Source: Octopus bimaculoides
Lineage: Eukaryota
Reading direction: 5' to 3'
DNA length: 53,955 nucleotides
NCBI RefSeq assembly: GCF_001194135.2
Contig: NC_068981.1
Location: 88,494,444 to 88,548,398 of the forward strand
Numbering within the stretch: the stretch's first letter is position 1; the number at the start of each line of letters is the position of its first letter. Positions 1-12,789 of the stretch are shown here, one piece after another. A model generated the notes under the pieces. That model was not told the origin of the DNA. It ran no database searches and worked only from the letters and a program-made list of their open reading frames with translations. The position numbers and the translations under genes are program-made.

Positions 1-372
1 AGAGCACCGCCTTTAGTCGAGCAAATCGACCCCGGGACTTATTCTTTGTAAGCCTAGTACTTATTCTATCGGTCTCTTTTGCCGAACCGCTAAGTGACGG
101 GGGACACCACCATCGGTTGTCAAGCAATGCTAGGGGGACAAACACAGACTCACAAAAAAACACACACACACACATATATATATAGATATATATATATACA
201 TATATACGACGGCCTTCTTTCAGTTTCCGTCTACCAAATCCACTCACAAGGATTTGGTCGGCCCGAGGCTATGGTAGAAGACACTTGCCCAAGATGCCAC
301 GCAGTGGGACTGAACCCGGAACCATGTGGTTGGTAAGCAATCTACTTACCACACAGCCACTCCTGTGCCTAT
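1..372 (-). mobile_element. tRNA-derived SINE, family A (internal (TA)n/(CA)n microsatellite), cut by window edge
   Basis: The minus strand has A-box-like TGGCTGTGTGG, B-box-like GGTTCAGTCCC, a core TTGGGCAAGTGTCTT and an internal microsatellite. Homologous copies lie at ~22570-23178 and ~48490-48950. Confidence 0.8.
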
Positions 373-1828
373 TTTATATATGAAATTTTTTTGTATGGGA
401 ATCCTATGCAATATGTTTCAATAAACGTATATAAAGGATTTATCTGAAAGCTTACCTTTTCTTCAGAGGAATTTAATAAACATACATAAAGAATTTATCT
501 GAAAGCTTACTTCGCCTTGAGATAAATTCTGAATAGCAACAAAATTTACATAACTGTACATATGTGACGGTTAAGACTTCATAATTACATTACCGACAGT
601 GTGGTTATGAATAAATATGTATACAGAAATCCTATAAACATGTTTAATAAACATATATTTAACCTCAACTAGGAAAATAGCCTCTGTTGCAGTATTTATA
701 ACGTTCCTCTCTTCGATTTTCTCTCTTTCATCCGTTTCCTTTGCGTTTTCCTCTTATTTCCTCAATTTCTCTTCCTGACAATTTCTGTCTCTCATTCCCG
801 TTACTGTTTCCACTCATACAAAGACTCTAGCAGCCTATATCAAATACTTTCTTAGTATACTATTACACACACACACACACACACACATTACTTTGGTCGA
901 ATCAATCTGTTGCTACTTTGAATTACCCCTGTGGGTACACATGGTCTTCAGGCAATTTATGACAGACTCTGTGCACCCAAAGGCAAAACTCAAAGTAGCA
1001 AGCGACGGACTCGACGAAGATAAAATATATTATTAAGCTCTATTATGGTATTGAGTACTGTTTATTTTCGACAGACGACATTAAACGTGAGTGTCAGTGT
1101 TTGTATATATATTCTGCTCTTTTACAGTGTTAAGAGTTTTTAACCCTTATTTCTAGCAATGTAGGTGCTTAGGTACTCTCAATCATATTAGGGATGATTA
1201 AAATTTTCCTTTATGTTGTTATATTGCGCCTAGCTGTTTATAATAATTTTTAGTACATAGGGGGTATATATATATATATATATATATATNNNNNNNNNNN
1301 NNNNNNNNNNNNNNNNNNNNNNNNNNNNNNNNNNNNNNNNNNNNNNNNNNNNNNNNNNNNNNNNNNNNNNNNNNNNNNNNNNNNNNNNNNNNNNNNNNNN
1401 NNNNNNNNNNNNNNNNNNNNNNNNNNNNNNNNNNNNNNNNNNNNNNNNNNNNNNNNNNNNNNNNNNNNNNNNNNNNNNNNNNNNNNNNNNNNNNNNNNNN
1501 NNNNNNNNNNNNNNNNNNNNNNNNNNNNNNNNNNNNNNNNNNNNNNNNNNNNNNNNNNNNNNNNNNNNNNNNNNNNNNNNNNNNNNNNNNNNNNNNNNNN
1601 NNNNNNNNNNNNNNNNNNNNNNNNNNNNNNNNNNNNNNNNNNNNNNNNNNNNNNNNNNNNNNNNNNNNNNNNNNNNNNNNNNNNNNNNNNNNNNNNNNNN
1701 NNNNNNNNNNNNNNNNNNNNNNNNNNNNNNNNNNNNNNNNNNNNNNNNNNNNNNNNNNNNNNNNNNNNNNNNNNNNNNNNNNNNNNNNNNNNNNNNNNNN
1801 NNNNNNNNNTAAAAAAAAAACGAACTAA

Positions 1829-1889
1829 ATTATAGATCATGATTTCGTAGTTATTGTAGTATTATACAACTTCTACTCGTCAGTATAAT
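1829..1889 (-). ncRNA. Minimal type I hammerhead ribozyme
   Basis: Minus strand reads ATTATA-CTGACGA-GTAG-aagTTGTAtaatacTACAAtaa-CTAC-GAAA-TCATGA-TC-TATAAT. It has a 6-bp stem I, an intact CUGANGA/GAAA core, a G10.1-C11.1 closed stem II, palindromic stem III ATCATGAT and an AUC cleavage triplet. Confidence 0.8.
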
Positions 1890-2200
1890 ATGGTCCAGAA
1901 AAATAGAAATAAACAGTGAATCAACATACCAAACGAACACCATGTATCCAGCATAGCATATGGACGACTGTTCATCGCTATTTCCCTATGTAAGTGGCGG
2001 GAATTTCGAATTGCATCTCGGTAAATGTGCCTCTTACTCAGAATAAATTCAGCACTGAATATATTCTGGCAATATATTTAAATTCAATAATAGGACGAAT
2101 TCTTTTACAAAAAACCTCGAGAATAAATGATGAATTTTTCCCTTATGAGGTTTTTTTCACGCTAGCTACTTGATAAATTCTTGTAAAAGATTGGTGATGC
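1890..2200 (-). mobile_element. Possible Penelope-like element 3' end (degenerate GIY-YIG C-terminus plus UTR) upstream of the hammerhead
   Basis: Minus-strand translation near 2110-2190 gives PIFYKNLSSS*REKNLIREKFII, loosely like the last helix of PLE GIY-YIG endonucleases. It is adjacent to the hammerhead. Protein similarity is weak. Confidence 0.3.
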
Positions 2201-2289
2201 TGCGTTCGGTCATGTAAAAACAAATACATACGTATATATATTAGAAATAATTAGTAAATATGCCCGCACACACATATAAATATGTATGT

Positions 2290-2670
2290 ATATTTACTTA
2301 CTCTTTCTACTCTAGACACAAGACCTGATATTTTAGGCAAGAGAATCTTGTGAATTAGATCAACTCCAGAGCGTGAAAAAAATGAATGAGAAAGTCAACC
2401 TCGGCGGAATTTGAACTCAAAACGTAGTACCGGAAAAAATATCGATTTTAAGTTTTGGCACAAGGCCAGCAATTTTGGGGGCGAGTGTAAGTCAATTATA
2501 TCGACTCCAGTGCTCAACTAGTACTTATTTTACCGACAGAATGAAGGGCAAAGTAGACCACGGCCGAATTTGAACTTAGAACGTAAAGACAGATGAAAGG
2601 GGTTAAAACGTAATGTGAACCCCACAAAAATTTGAACTTAGAACGTTAGGGAGACGGAATTCAATATTGC
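2290..2670 (-). mobile_element. Cluster of degenerate family B SINE fragments
   Basis: Repeated GGCGGAATTTGAACTCAAAACGTA-like motifs (reverse B-box region) and GCACAAGGCC tail motifs match better copies at 21493-21723 and 28636-28849. Confidence 0.65.
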
Positions 2671-3625
2671 AAAGCAGTCCAGTGTTCCACCTACTGCTTT
2701 ATGTTTAAAGAGTATTGATATGGTTTGACCTGGTATGTACTAGAATCATATACGTAGTCTATATATCACTATATTTATATTTTATCAGCATTAGAGAGAA
2801 TAAAGATGAAGCTGATTCAAGAGATTTGATCTCAAAACGGTGATGTTTAGAATTAGATAAAGAAGAGCATCTAGCGCATTGACTGTTTACTATGTTGTAA
2901 GCGAAAATTCATGTTGTATGCTAAAAATGGAGAGAAGAGAAAAGCAGAGAGAGAGAGAGAGAGAGAGAGAGAGTCCTTTATCGAGTTTTAACAATCTTTT
3001 CACTTTATCTGTATGTTGACTGACAGATCTTTTCCAAACTACAGTAGGTCAGTAAGTGACCTCAAAGTTGAAAGATCAAGTTAACTCATGTCAAGTTTGG
3101 ACATATTCCTTCAGGACTGAAGCAATGGCTCTATATTAAGGAAAAAGTATACAATAAAACTCATATTTATTTCGAGATTAAACTTGGCAGCTAACTCTTT
3201 CTTAAGTAACCATATTTCATTTTCCATTCAGTATCGCTGATAAGAAATTGTAGCTGTATTTCTTTTTTACTTTAACGTTTTTTCAATTTTTTCTTTTAAT
3301 ATTTCCTTCAGTATTTTTGTTTAATTTTACAAAATTACTTCAGTGAATAATTTTGAAATGTCCTCCAGAAAAATGTTGGTTGTAATAACTTTGTTTTATT
3401 TTCTACCTTTGCTTTATCTTTATGAATCTCTGAATATTTGCATATCTATTTTTGTTTTTATGTCTAATGTCTCACAATTTTTCTTCTGAAAAACACTTGC
3501 GTATTATTTCTTTCAAACATTGCTGTAAAAATAAAGCGGTTGTAGTGTTGATGCGTGTATTTGTACGGTTTTAAAGTTGCACGCTCTTGCTCTAGGCAAA
3601 CATTCTGAAACACAGCGACAATTTC

Positions 3626-3626
3626 A

Positions 3627-3696
<70 letters not shown>
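3626..3696. repeat. (CA)n microsatellite abutting an assembly gap
   Basis: Perfect CA run ending at the N-gap 3697-4166. Confidence 0.95.
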
Positions 3697-4167
3697 NNNN
3701 NNNNNNNNNNNNNNNNNNNNNNNNNNNNNNNNNNNNNNNNNNNNNNNNNNNNNNNNNNNNNNNNNNNNNNNNNNNNNNNNNNNNNNNNNNNNNNNNNNNN
3801 NNNNNNNNNNNNNNNNNNNNNNNNNNNNNNNNNNNNNNNNNNNNNNNNNNNNNNNNNNNNNNNNNNNNNNNNNNNNNNNNNNNNNNNNNNNNNNNNNNNN
3901 NNNNNNNNNNNNNNNNNNNNNNNNNNNNNNNNNNNNNNNNNNNNNNNNNNNNNNNNNNNNNNNNNNNNNNNNNNNNNNNNNNNNNNNNNNNNNNNNNNNN
4001 NNNNNNNNNNNNNNNNNNNNNNNNNNNNNNNNNNNNNNNNNNNNNNNNNNNNNNNNNNNNNNNNNNNNNNNNNNNNNNNNNNNNNNNNNNNNNNNNNNNN
4101 NNNNNNNNNNNNNNNNNNNNNNNNNNNNNNNNNNNNNNNNNNNNNNNNNNNNNNNNNNNNNNNNNCA

Positions 4168-4747
4168 GTCATGACAGCTTTTGATCTTCCTGAACTAGCG
4201 AGGCACAAATTTTGCTGCAACTCTTTTCATTCGTATTTCCTCGCTCAAAATTTGTTGGCAGGAGCTCCAGGATACACCAGTCATATCAACAAGTCCGTCA
4301 ACTGTTTGGTAACGGTCCTCCAAGATCAGTTCATGAATTTTCGTGATGCTTTCATTCGTTCGGGAGGTTGACAGTCTTCCTGAATGAGGTTGGTCATCAT
4401 ACGACAAGTGACCATTCCTAAAGTGTGAAAACCACTCGTAAACTTGTGTTTTGCTCATGGCAGCGATCTTGTAAGCTGTTTGAAGCATGACAACTGTTTC
4501 GGTTGCCGTTTTCCCCAGCAAAAAACAGAATTTCACGGAAGCACTCTGTTCCTTCGTTTCAGCCATCGCAAAAATCGACGAACAGAAGAGAAGCACTGCA
4601 AAACGAAGACGCACCACGTGACAGTAGGACTACACTGGACGACACCCGTTGGCAAACTGATGCCTGAGGGTTACATCAAGTGGCTTTAGCAGCAATGGGA
4701 TGGTCTCACATAAAGCGTTTCTCGTTACTTTTGGGTACTTCCTCGTA
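4168..4747 (-). mobile_element. Mariner transposon 5' remnant: TIR plus N-terminal HTH part of the transposase
   Basis: The ORF 4195-4617 contains VKFCFLLGKTATET...TQVYEWFSHFRNG...SGRLST...MKRVAAKFVPR, typical of mariner HTH domains and the WVP(R/H)-like linker. The end reads TA-CGAGGAAGTACCCAAAAGTAACGAGAA on the minus strand (4747 down). The catalytic domain is absent or hidden in the gap. Confidence 0.85.
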
Positions 4748-7191
4748 ATTGTAAATTCAATATCGGAAGAGTAAGGACATCAGAAAACTCAAAATACGAC
4801 AGCATTGTCACAAGGCCACAAATTTTCATGGAGGCTATGGCCGATTATATAGATTTTTAGACTTGATTTGGTACTTATTTTATTGACGCTGGCGACACTT
4901 GAACACAAAGCCGACAGGGAATAAACGAAGTGGCCTACGCTGTACTAATTCTTCCAGTCTACTGCTCCGAGAGCGGGGTGATATATCGAACCCTTTACGT
5001 TCTGTGATCAAATCCCACCGAAACCAACTTTGTCTGTTATCCTTTCTGAGTTGATAAATAAAGTACAAATCAAATACTAAGGTCGCTATAATTGTGTGTT
5101 CTCTTCTGCCTAATTTGGGGGCTAGTGTTAAGAACTATTACAACAAAATTTTTAAACGCGAAATTTCATTGTCATAATTCTAAGTTTCTCGCAACGGCTG
5201 TCATTAAATGTCAACAATATAGAAATTTATCGGGAGTGACATTATTGATCTGAAGTGACTGTTAACATCAGAAGAAGCGTTAAAGAAAAAAATCTTATTT
5301 TGGGTCTTCATGGCGGAGTATGTTAATTTGAGAGAGATTTGCTTGCTATTTCTAGCAGGTTGAACTACCGTAAAGGCTCCCTCGTTTATGTGTATAATGG
5401 TTTTTTAGATACATTCGTGTAATGCTTTTTAGATGTCCTTGTAATGGTTTTTAAATGTATTTTCAATTATGCCGATGTAGTTTCAGTCTGTACGAGAGCT
5501 AGATATTACTTCTGCGTCAGTGGTCCAGTGGACAGTTATTTATTAGCTTAAAGCTATATTTAACTTCTTATTCGCTAGATTCTTTTTTGTTATATTGTTA
5601 GGTTTCATATGGCTGCTACCTATTTCCGAGAAGTAACTATGTTTGTGATGTATTGTGCTTATGACTGCCAAGTAAGTGACTTGTGTTAGTAAATTCACAA
5701 GGTTATAGTTATTTGTTGCTGCCCTTCAGCGTTTAGTTTTCTCAACTGAATATTTACTTATCCCTAGATAAAACAGGAATTATTTAATCGATACTTATGA
5801 CTTAATTTTTTAAAGTTTTCGGTTCACTTGTACGAATGCTTTTATAAAGTTGTTATTACCAGTGGAAAAATTAGTATTACTAGTAGAGGAATTGTTGTTT
5901 CTGGCGCGCAACGCACCCTTTCAATAGCACGTTCATGATTGCCTGTCCACTGTCTGGTACTATGACACCTTAATGTCATTATTGTTAAAAGTTATGCAAC
6001 AACACTTTAATAAATTTTGAATAAATTCGTTTGCACAGCATTAAAGCTTATACCGCTCTCGTCACCATATGAAAAAAAAAATGCTCAGAGATGACATGAA
6101 CAGAGATCAGCTCTGCTAAGATCCAACTTGTGCCTTGCTAGTACAAACTATACATGATTTCAGACGAAGTTATCTTGTAATTAAGCCGAAGCTGAAAGCC
6201 GGACTCAGAAGTAGCAGCATTTCAAAGAAGGCAATAAAATTTCTTTTGATCTTAACAGTCTCTCAAGTCAAGATTAAATTCACAAAATGTAACAAAAATT
6301 GCATTACTACAAATGGATTAAAAAGAGAAATTTAATTTATTGAGTCAACAAAGAGAAAACGAATATTGAGCCAGTCAATGCTGTGATTTCTCTATTGACA
6401 TTTGTCACCATTAGTCATATATCTTGTGGATATCATCTTTAGCTCGAGCCTGTTACTATAAGAAGCCATCTTTTATAGAGGTGTACGGTTGGTTATATTG
6501 TTATGCCATGATATTGGTAGCAGTGTTCTTGATAACAGTGATAGCTATAATGCCCAATAACCGTCTTTGAATGTCAAGAGTAAAAGACAAGGAGAGAGAA
6601 AAAAAAAAAGGAAAATTAAAAACAGAAAGAAAGATTGATTTGACTGATATAACTGGAGAGAAAAAAAAATGAAAATATAAATAACATCAGTAACAATAAC
6701 GACAACATTTTTACTCTGTCTTCCCGCCTACCAATTTCTACTTCAATATTGTGGGAAGGAAGACTCACAAGATTTCGATGATAAATCTAAGAATAAACAG
6801 GAAACTTTCGACAGGAATAGAAAAGGATTTATCGCCGCTGGGAATTATTGATAACTCTAAAACAGAAATATCTTTAGTTTGAAACAAAATCCAAGAAAAG
6901 TAGAATTTACCATATTGTGTGTGTGCGTGTATACATACCGATATACACACATATACATAGTGCATATATATGTATACACAGACATATGTATGTATCATAG
7001 AATTATACGTATTTGTTTTCTAGTTCAATTTATTTATTTTACTTATCTTTGTTGATTTACATCACCCAACAGGAATCTTTATCTTTCACTCTCTCTGACT
7101 TAATGGTAATGTTGTATTTTTAAGAAAGAACCAATCTATTGTGGTGCTGGTAACGCAAAGCAACAAGAGGCATATATAGATCAGTAACGAG

Positions 7192-7197
7192 AAACCA

Positions 7198-7273
<76 letters not shown>

Positions 7274-7328
7274 GACTATCCATCTGTCTATCTGTCTGCC
7301 TGTCAGTCTGTCTATCTGTCTGTCTATC
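7192..7328. repeat. (TATC)n / (TGTC)n compound microsatellite
   Basis: Direct reading of the sequence. Confidence 0.95.
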
Positions 7329-8777
7329 ATATAATATCAATTTAAATACATACATGCATACATATGTATATATATATATATATATACATNNNNNNNNNNN
7401 NNNNNNNNNNNNNNNNNNNNNNNNNNNNNNNNNNNNNNNNNNNNNNNNNNNNNNNNNNNNNNNNNNNNNNNNNNNNNNNNNNNNNNNNNNNNNNNNNNNN
7501 NNNNNNNNNNNNNNNNNNNNNNNNNNNNNNNNNNNNNNNNNNNNNNNNNNNNNNNNNNNNNNNNNNNNNNNNNNNNNNNNNNNNNNNNNNNNNNNNNNNN
7601 NNNNNNNNNNNNNNNNNNNNNNNNNNNNNTATATATATATATATATAATTACACACATATGTATCTATGTCTATGTGTTGAAATAGATAAGTATTATACA
7701 TACATGCATACGGGCATATAGACATGCAAATAATATATACAGGTACATGATAAGAGTGATATACAATAGAAGATAAGTAACGGTCAGTTCTTACAATTCA
7801 GTATATATGCGTATACGTACATACATTCATACATACTCACACATACATACAATGATATATATGTATGTATATATATCTTTTACTGAATGCAAGAACTTGA
7901 ATGCCTCTTTGCATTCTCTCTCCAGCTGTTGCTCTGGCAATAACAATGATCATCTGAAATACTTGTGAACTTACTTAAGGACTCTTCGTCTATCACCATT
8001 TTCTTTTTACCATTGAGGTGGGATTTGTACTTAGAATGCAAAAACCTAGGACAAATACCACATGCCATACTTCTCGACATTCTAACACCTCTGCCATTCA
8101 ACACCACTTTCTCTCTCTAACACGCACATACTCTGTGTGTGTGTGTGTGCATTTCTGTCTGTAATCTATCTTAACGCAAAGAACAGCGTCAATCAGTATT
8201 AGAAATTTACATACGCCTGTGTGCGTGTATGCATGTATATATGTACGTATGTGTGTATTATGCATGCATGCGTGTATGTATGTATGTATATATGTATACA
8301 CACACACACAGAGTTTTCCTTTGCTTCGCTACAAAGTTAATATACAGTCAATTCGACAGTAAGTCATTCGGTCTGACGCTTAAGTGATCAGAGAGATGAA
8401 AGTGTGAAGTTGAACTCAAGACAATGAAGGACAGAATTACTTAAAAGATAGTATCAAGATTAGTGCTTTCTCAACTATTGCTCTCACATATAATATAGAG
8501 TCTCAAGTTCAAATTGGTTGCCAGCGTCATTGATTTTTACCATCTTAAGAAAACCTGGAAAATAGTGGAAATTTTTTTCCCTTCTCATCTAATTAATGAA
8601 AGAAGTTTAATTCTTAAGCAGAGCAAATGTTCTCGTTAAACAAGGTGCTGCCATGATTTGGTGTAGAAAGATTAAAAATTCCTTTTGTAAGTTGATTTGT
8701 TTGATACTCGTTGATTAATGCTATTTACTAGATTCGTTAAAGTCATGTCTAGACAATTTATCAATATATACTAAGTA

Positions 8778-9165
8778 CTCGTGGAGGCGCAATGGCCCAG
8801 TGGTTAGGGCAGCGGACTCGTGGTCATAGGATCGCGGTTTCGATCCCCAAATCGGGCATTGTGAGTGTTTATTGAGCGAAAACACCTAAAGCTCCACGAG
8901 GCTCCGGCAGGGGATGGTGGCGAACCCTGCTGTACTCTTTCACCACAACTTTCTCTCACTCTTACTTCCTGTTTCTGTTGTGCTTGTAATTCAAAGGGTC
9001 AGCCTTGTCACACTGTGTCACGCTGAATCTCCTCGAGAAGTACGTTAAGGGTACACGTGTTTGTGGAGTGCTCAGCCACTTGCACGTTAATTTCACGAGC
9101 AGGCTGTTCTGTTGATCGGATCAACTGGAACCCTCGACGTCGTAAGCGACCGAGTGCCAACAACA
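8778..9165 (+). mobile_element. Full-length tRNA-derived SINE, family D, with (CAA)n tail
   Basis: A-box TGGCCCAGTGG, B-box GGTTTCGATCCC and a CAACAAC tail. Probable 8-bp TSD ACTAAGTA at 8770-8777 and 9166-9173. A second copy lies at 12790-13078. Confidence 0.85.
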
Positions 9166-10034
9166 ACTAAGTAATCATTAGGCTTCCTATATGGATAATA
9201 TTTTTCTGTGCTTAGCTTTGACGTTTTATTTTGACTATATTGATGTTGGTAGTAATTACAATTCTAAAACCAAATTCTTTGGGTGCATTTATAATAATTG
9301 TTTCAAAAGCTGACTGATGGCTGTTCATATGGCGGAAAATTTATAATTCATTATTTCTTTAAAGGCCGAAATAAGTTAAGCTGAATTTAAGGTGGAATTC
9401 TTTCGAAGTTCTTCCATCTTTCTGGAATTCCTTGAAATTTTTCGATCCTTTTGGAAACCATCGTTTTTGATGACAAAGATTCTCTCGCAGATAGATATTG
9501 CTCCAAGAAATCTAACAGCAAGGTTTTAGTGAACTGTCGTGTCCTTCTTTATGATATCAACAAAGATATTAATTTCATTGTAATGGATTAAGTTTTAATT
9601 TATTTGGCTTTTATTTTGTTAATTTTCATTTTAATTTATTTTCCCCATTTATATTTAAAATTTGTTTTTCTAATGTATTTATTCATCAAAATGATTTCTT
9701 ATTAAAGAAACATTTTCCGTATCTTCCTGTACTTTTAAAAAATTCCTCTTGTCTTTACTCTTCTAATCTTTCTTTTCCTTTTTATGTCTCTTTACATAAG
9801 ATTCTATGCCCCTCCCTATTAGACTAGTCTCTTTGTTCAATATCATCCCTTTATAAGTGTGTTGTATGTGCTTAGTGTCGTGCATATCCATCATTAATAC
9901 ATTTTCTTTCTGCTTACAACTGCCTCTCTGTCATATATATTCTTTCTTTCCTATGTAATATGCATTATTTGACGTGAAAAATTAAATATTTACGATACAC
10001 TGGCTTGGATACAGTAAACATTGTAAATGTCCTC

Positions 10035-10069
<35 letters not shown>

Positions 10070-10116
10070 CGTGATTTATAATTCACTTATGTATAATGTC
10101 TTGATCACTCATCATA

Positions 10117-10166
<50 letters not shown>

Positions 10167-10792
10167 GGCCTTGCTTTCACCAAATTTTTGAAACTATACC
10201 AACCTGTACATTTTTTCGACAAAAGTATAACGTCATTTTGAATTAGCTGGAACGTGAACTTCTGTGTAAAGAACTGAAAATCTCGTGTCTCCTTCACGGT
10301 TATTATTTTAAGTCTCCTTTATGCATTGATTACTTTTCCTTTATGTATTTTAAATAAGCAAATATAACCACATGCACATCTGTGTTGTGTGTGTATGCAT
10401 ATGTAGTTGTCCTTTATCTACCACAGAAGGCCACAACAGATTTAGATTTAATTTAGGGCTAATTTGGTTTTCAACTAAATAATTTTGTAGCCCTGTAATT
10501 ACCACCCGACTAACTACCCTTGGGTACATAAATATTGTTTTTTTTTTTAAACTAGACTTACACCATAATATTTTCACGTGTACGGGAAAAGGGAAAACGC
10601 TGCAATGTTTACAATACTATTAAAATTTTGAATGAAGTAACCATTATAATTTAATGGCATTGTGAAAGACATGAACACTGCAACGTTCTTTCTTTTCCTG
10701 TTCTTGCGAAAATATTACGGCTTAAGACCAGTTAAAAAGAAACCAGTTAAAAGAAACCAGGGGAAGATGGTTAACATTCATATCCTTTACAA

Positions 10793-11120
10793 CACTGGTT
10801 CTCAACCGGAGTCCGTATAAGAGTTTTTGGGGGTTCATGTAACAAAATAGTAAACTGGGTATCCAAAATATTTTAAGGGCCCGTGAAAAATTTTTACTTT
10901 AGATGTATGCATTGGTATGTATTGCAAGAAACAACTAGGGTTCTTTCTCTAACATTTAACTTAGTTCAACCTACACAAGTTAATGTGTGAAAAACAAAAG
11001 AGGAATCTTGAAAGAAGTTTCTATCAAACTAGTTAATAAATATCGAATGGCTATGGGGGTCCACCAGAATAAAGTAGTAATCAAAGGGGTCCATAGATAA
11101 AAAATGGTTGAGAAATCCTG
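10793..11120. mobile_element. hAT-type MITE
   Basis: Imperfect TIRs CACTGGTTCTCAACC / GGTTGAGAAATCCTG, with an 8-bp TSD CTTTACAA (10785-10792) / CTTTATAA (11121-11128). An 8-bp TSD is the hAT hallmark. Confidence 0.8.
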
Positions 11121-11834
11121 CTTTATAAGGTCTCCTATGACTGGCGAGACGAAGTAATTCTTAGACTTAAGACCTGTTCTGAACGCTTGTAAATGTCACT
11201 CAAAGGTCAAAGGTGTTATGTTAAAATTGATGTGAAGAAGCATTGCCCAGGAATTGAAAACACTCCATAGTCTCAGTCTGCCGAAAATCCAACCTCTTGA
11301 TCAACGTTGCTCCCCAGAATATATAAATATCAATACTAAATTTTGACAAAATCAGTAATAAAAACAATAATCCTTCCCTTATATTAGAGCAAATTCTTTT
11401 GCTTGATCTCTAACGAAGCACAAGTAGCATTTCGATTTCTTACTTGATCAATATCTTAATTCTTTGATCGGTTAAAAAAAAAAAACCCCAGCAAAAAAGC
11501 AACAACATAAAAATACAAACAGAAATGTAGAAAGAGGTGTTTATTCTAAAATCAGTGATGCCAACAACTAGTTTCTGACATCTTGAATCGTATACTTTTG
11601 CTTCTCTTTCAGCCTTTGATGAAAACGAATATTCAGTGATTAAATCAATAAATGCATATAACTCCTCTTGATCTCTGTCCCCCCGCCCAACCCCGCGACA
11701 TCGACTCAGCTGAATCAGAAGACGAATCGTTTGCCATTCTGAACTGAAATACAACAGTTACTATTCTTACCTATCTGTATCTTTGTTCGACACACTGATT
11801 CTCCAAATGTCTTTTTATCTCTTTCTTACCTTAG

Positions 11835-12015
11835 ATCATGAGCCAGCGAAGGAGCCTCTACACAGTCGCTCGGCATGCTAGAAATAACAGCTGGTTCTCT
11901 TTCGAATAGTTTCCCGCAGTCTTAAAATTGAAAAGATATATTCGATAAAAGTAGTTCTAAAGGGAGTTAGAAGATGAGATGGTCACAGCTGGAGTGCCTC
12001 CGATCATAAGTTTGA
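11835..12015 (+). mobile_element. Degenerate SINE-like repeat fragment (family E; GCTAGAAATA core)
   Basis: The motif GGAGCCTC...GCTAGAAATAACAGC recurs at ~5330-5390 (minus), ~22110-22150 and ~35590-35700. Confidence 0.45.
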
Positions 12016-12069
12016 TCAATCAATATTAATCTCTGCTAAAGAAGAAGGAGGAGGTGGAGGAGAAGGATG

Positions 12070-12072
12070 ATG

Positions 12073-12138
<66 letters not shown>

Positions 12139-12141
12139 GTA

Positions 12142-12196
<55 letters not shown>

Positions 12197-12217
12197 TAAT
12201 AATGATAATAATAATAA
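12070..12217. repeat. (AAT)n microsatellite
   Basis: Direct reading. It explains the poly-N/I/Y/L ORFs at 12016-12363. Confidence 0.95.
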
Positions 12218-12789
12218 GAGGAGGAATAATCCATAAAATCTATCATTTGCTCTCCTTGAGGGCAAATAATGGATTATATCTCAACACACACGAGGCATTT
12301 AGAAGATTGCTGAAACTTCCCTCCAGATATGTTCCTTTACATTCCTTAACCTTCTCCCTATGAGATACACTCGCAACTATACTGCAGCAGTATAAATGTT
12401 GCAGACAGAATAAAGTATATATATNNNNNNNNNNNNNNNNNNNNNNNNNNNNNNNNNNNNNNNNNNNNNNNNNNNNNNNNNNNNNNNNNNNNNNNNNNNN
12501 NNNNNNNNNNNNNNNNNNNNNNNNNNNNNNNNNNNNNNNNNNNNNNNNNNNNNNNNNNNNNNNNNNNNNNNNNNNNNNNNNNNNNNNNNNNNNNNNNNNN
12601 NNNNNNNNNNNNNNNNNNNNNNNNNNNNNNNNNNNNNNNNNNNNNNNNNNNNNNNNNNNNNNNNNNNNNNNNNNNNNNNNNNNNNNNNNNNNNNNNNNNN
12701 NNNNNNNNNNNNNNNNNNNNNNNNNNNNNNNNNNNNNNNNNNNNNNNNNNNNNNNNNNNNNNNNNNNNNNNNNNNNNNNNNNNNNNNNN

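Noticed and set aside
4444-4689. 81-aa plus-strand ORF
   Set aside because: It is the antisense of the mariner remnant.
7926-8050. Splice-like signals on both strands
   Set aside because: Plus frames stop quickly, and the minus 71-nt candidate gives no recognisable peptide.
8778-8860. tRNA-like heads (also 43569-43640 and ~44695-44752) as tRNA genes
   Set aside because: They have A/B boxes but no complete cloverleaf. The first two continue into SINE bodies with TSDs; the third is a degenerate isolated head.
9395-9515. Minus-strand DFLEQYL...GIPERWKN as a mariner C-terminus
   Set aside because: The similarity is too short to support a feature call.
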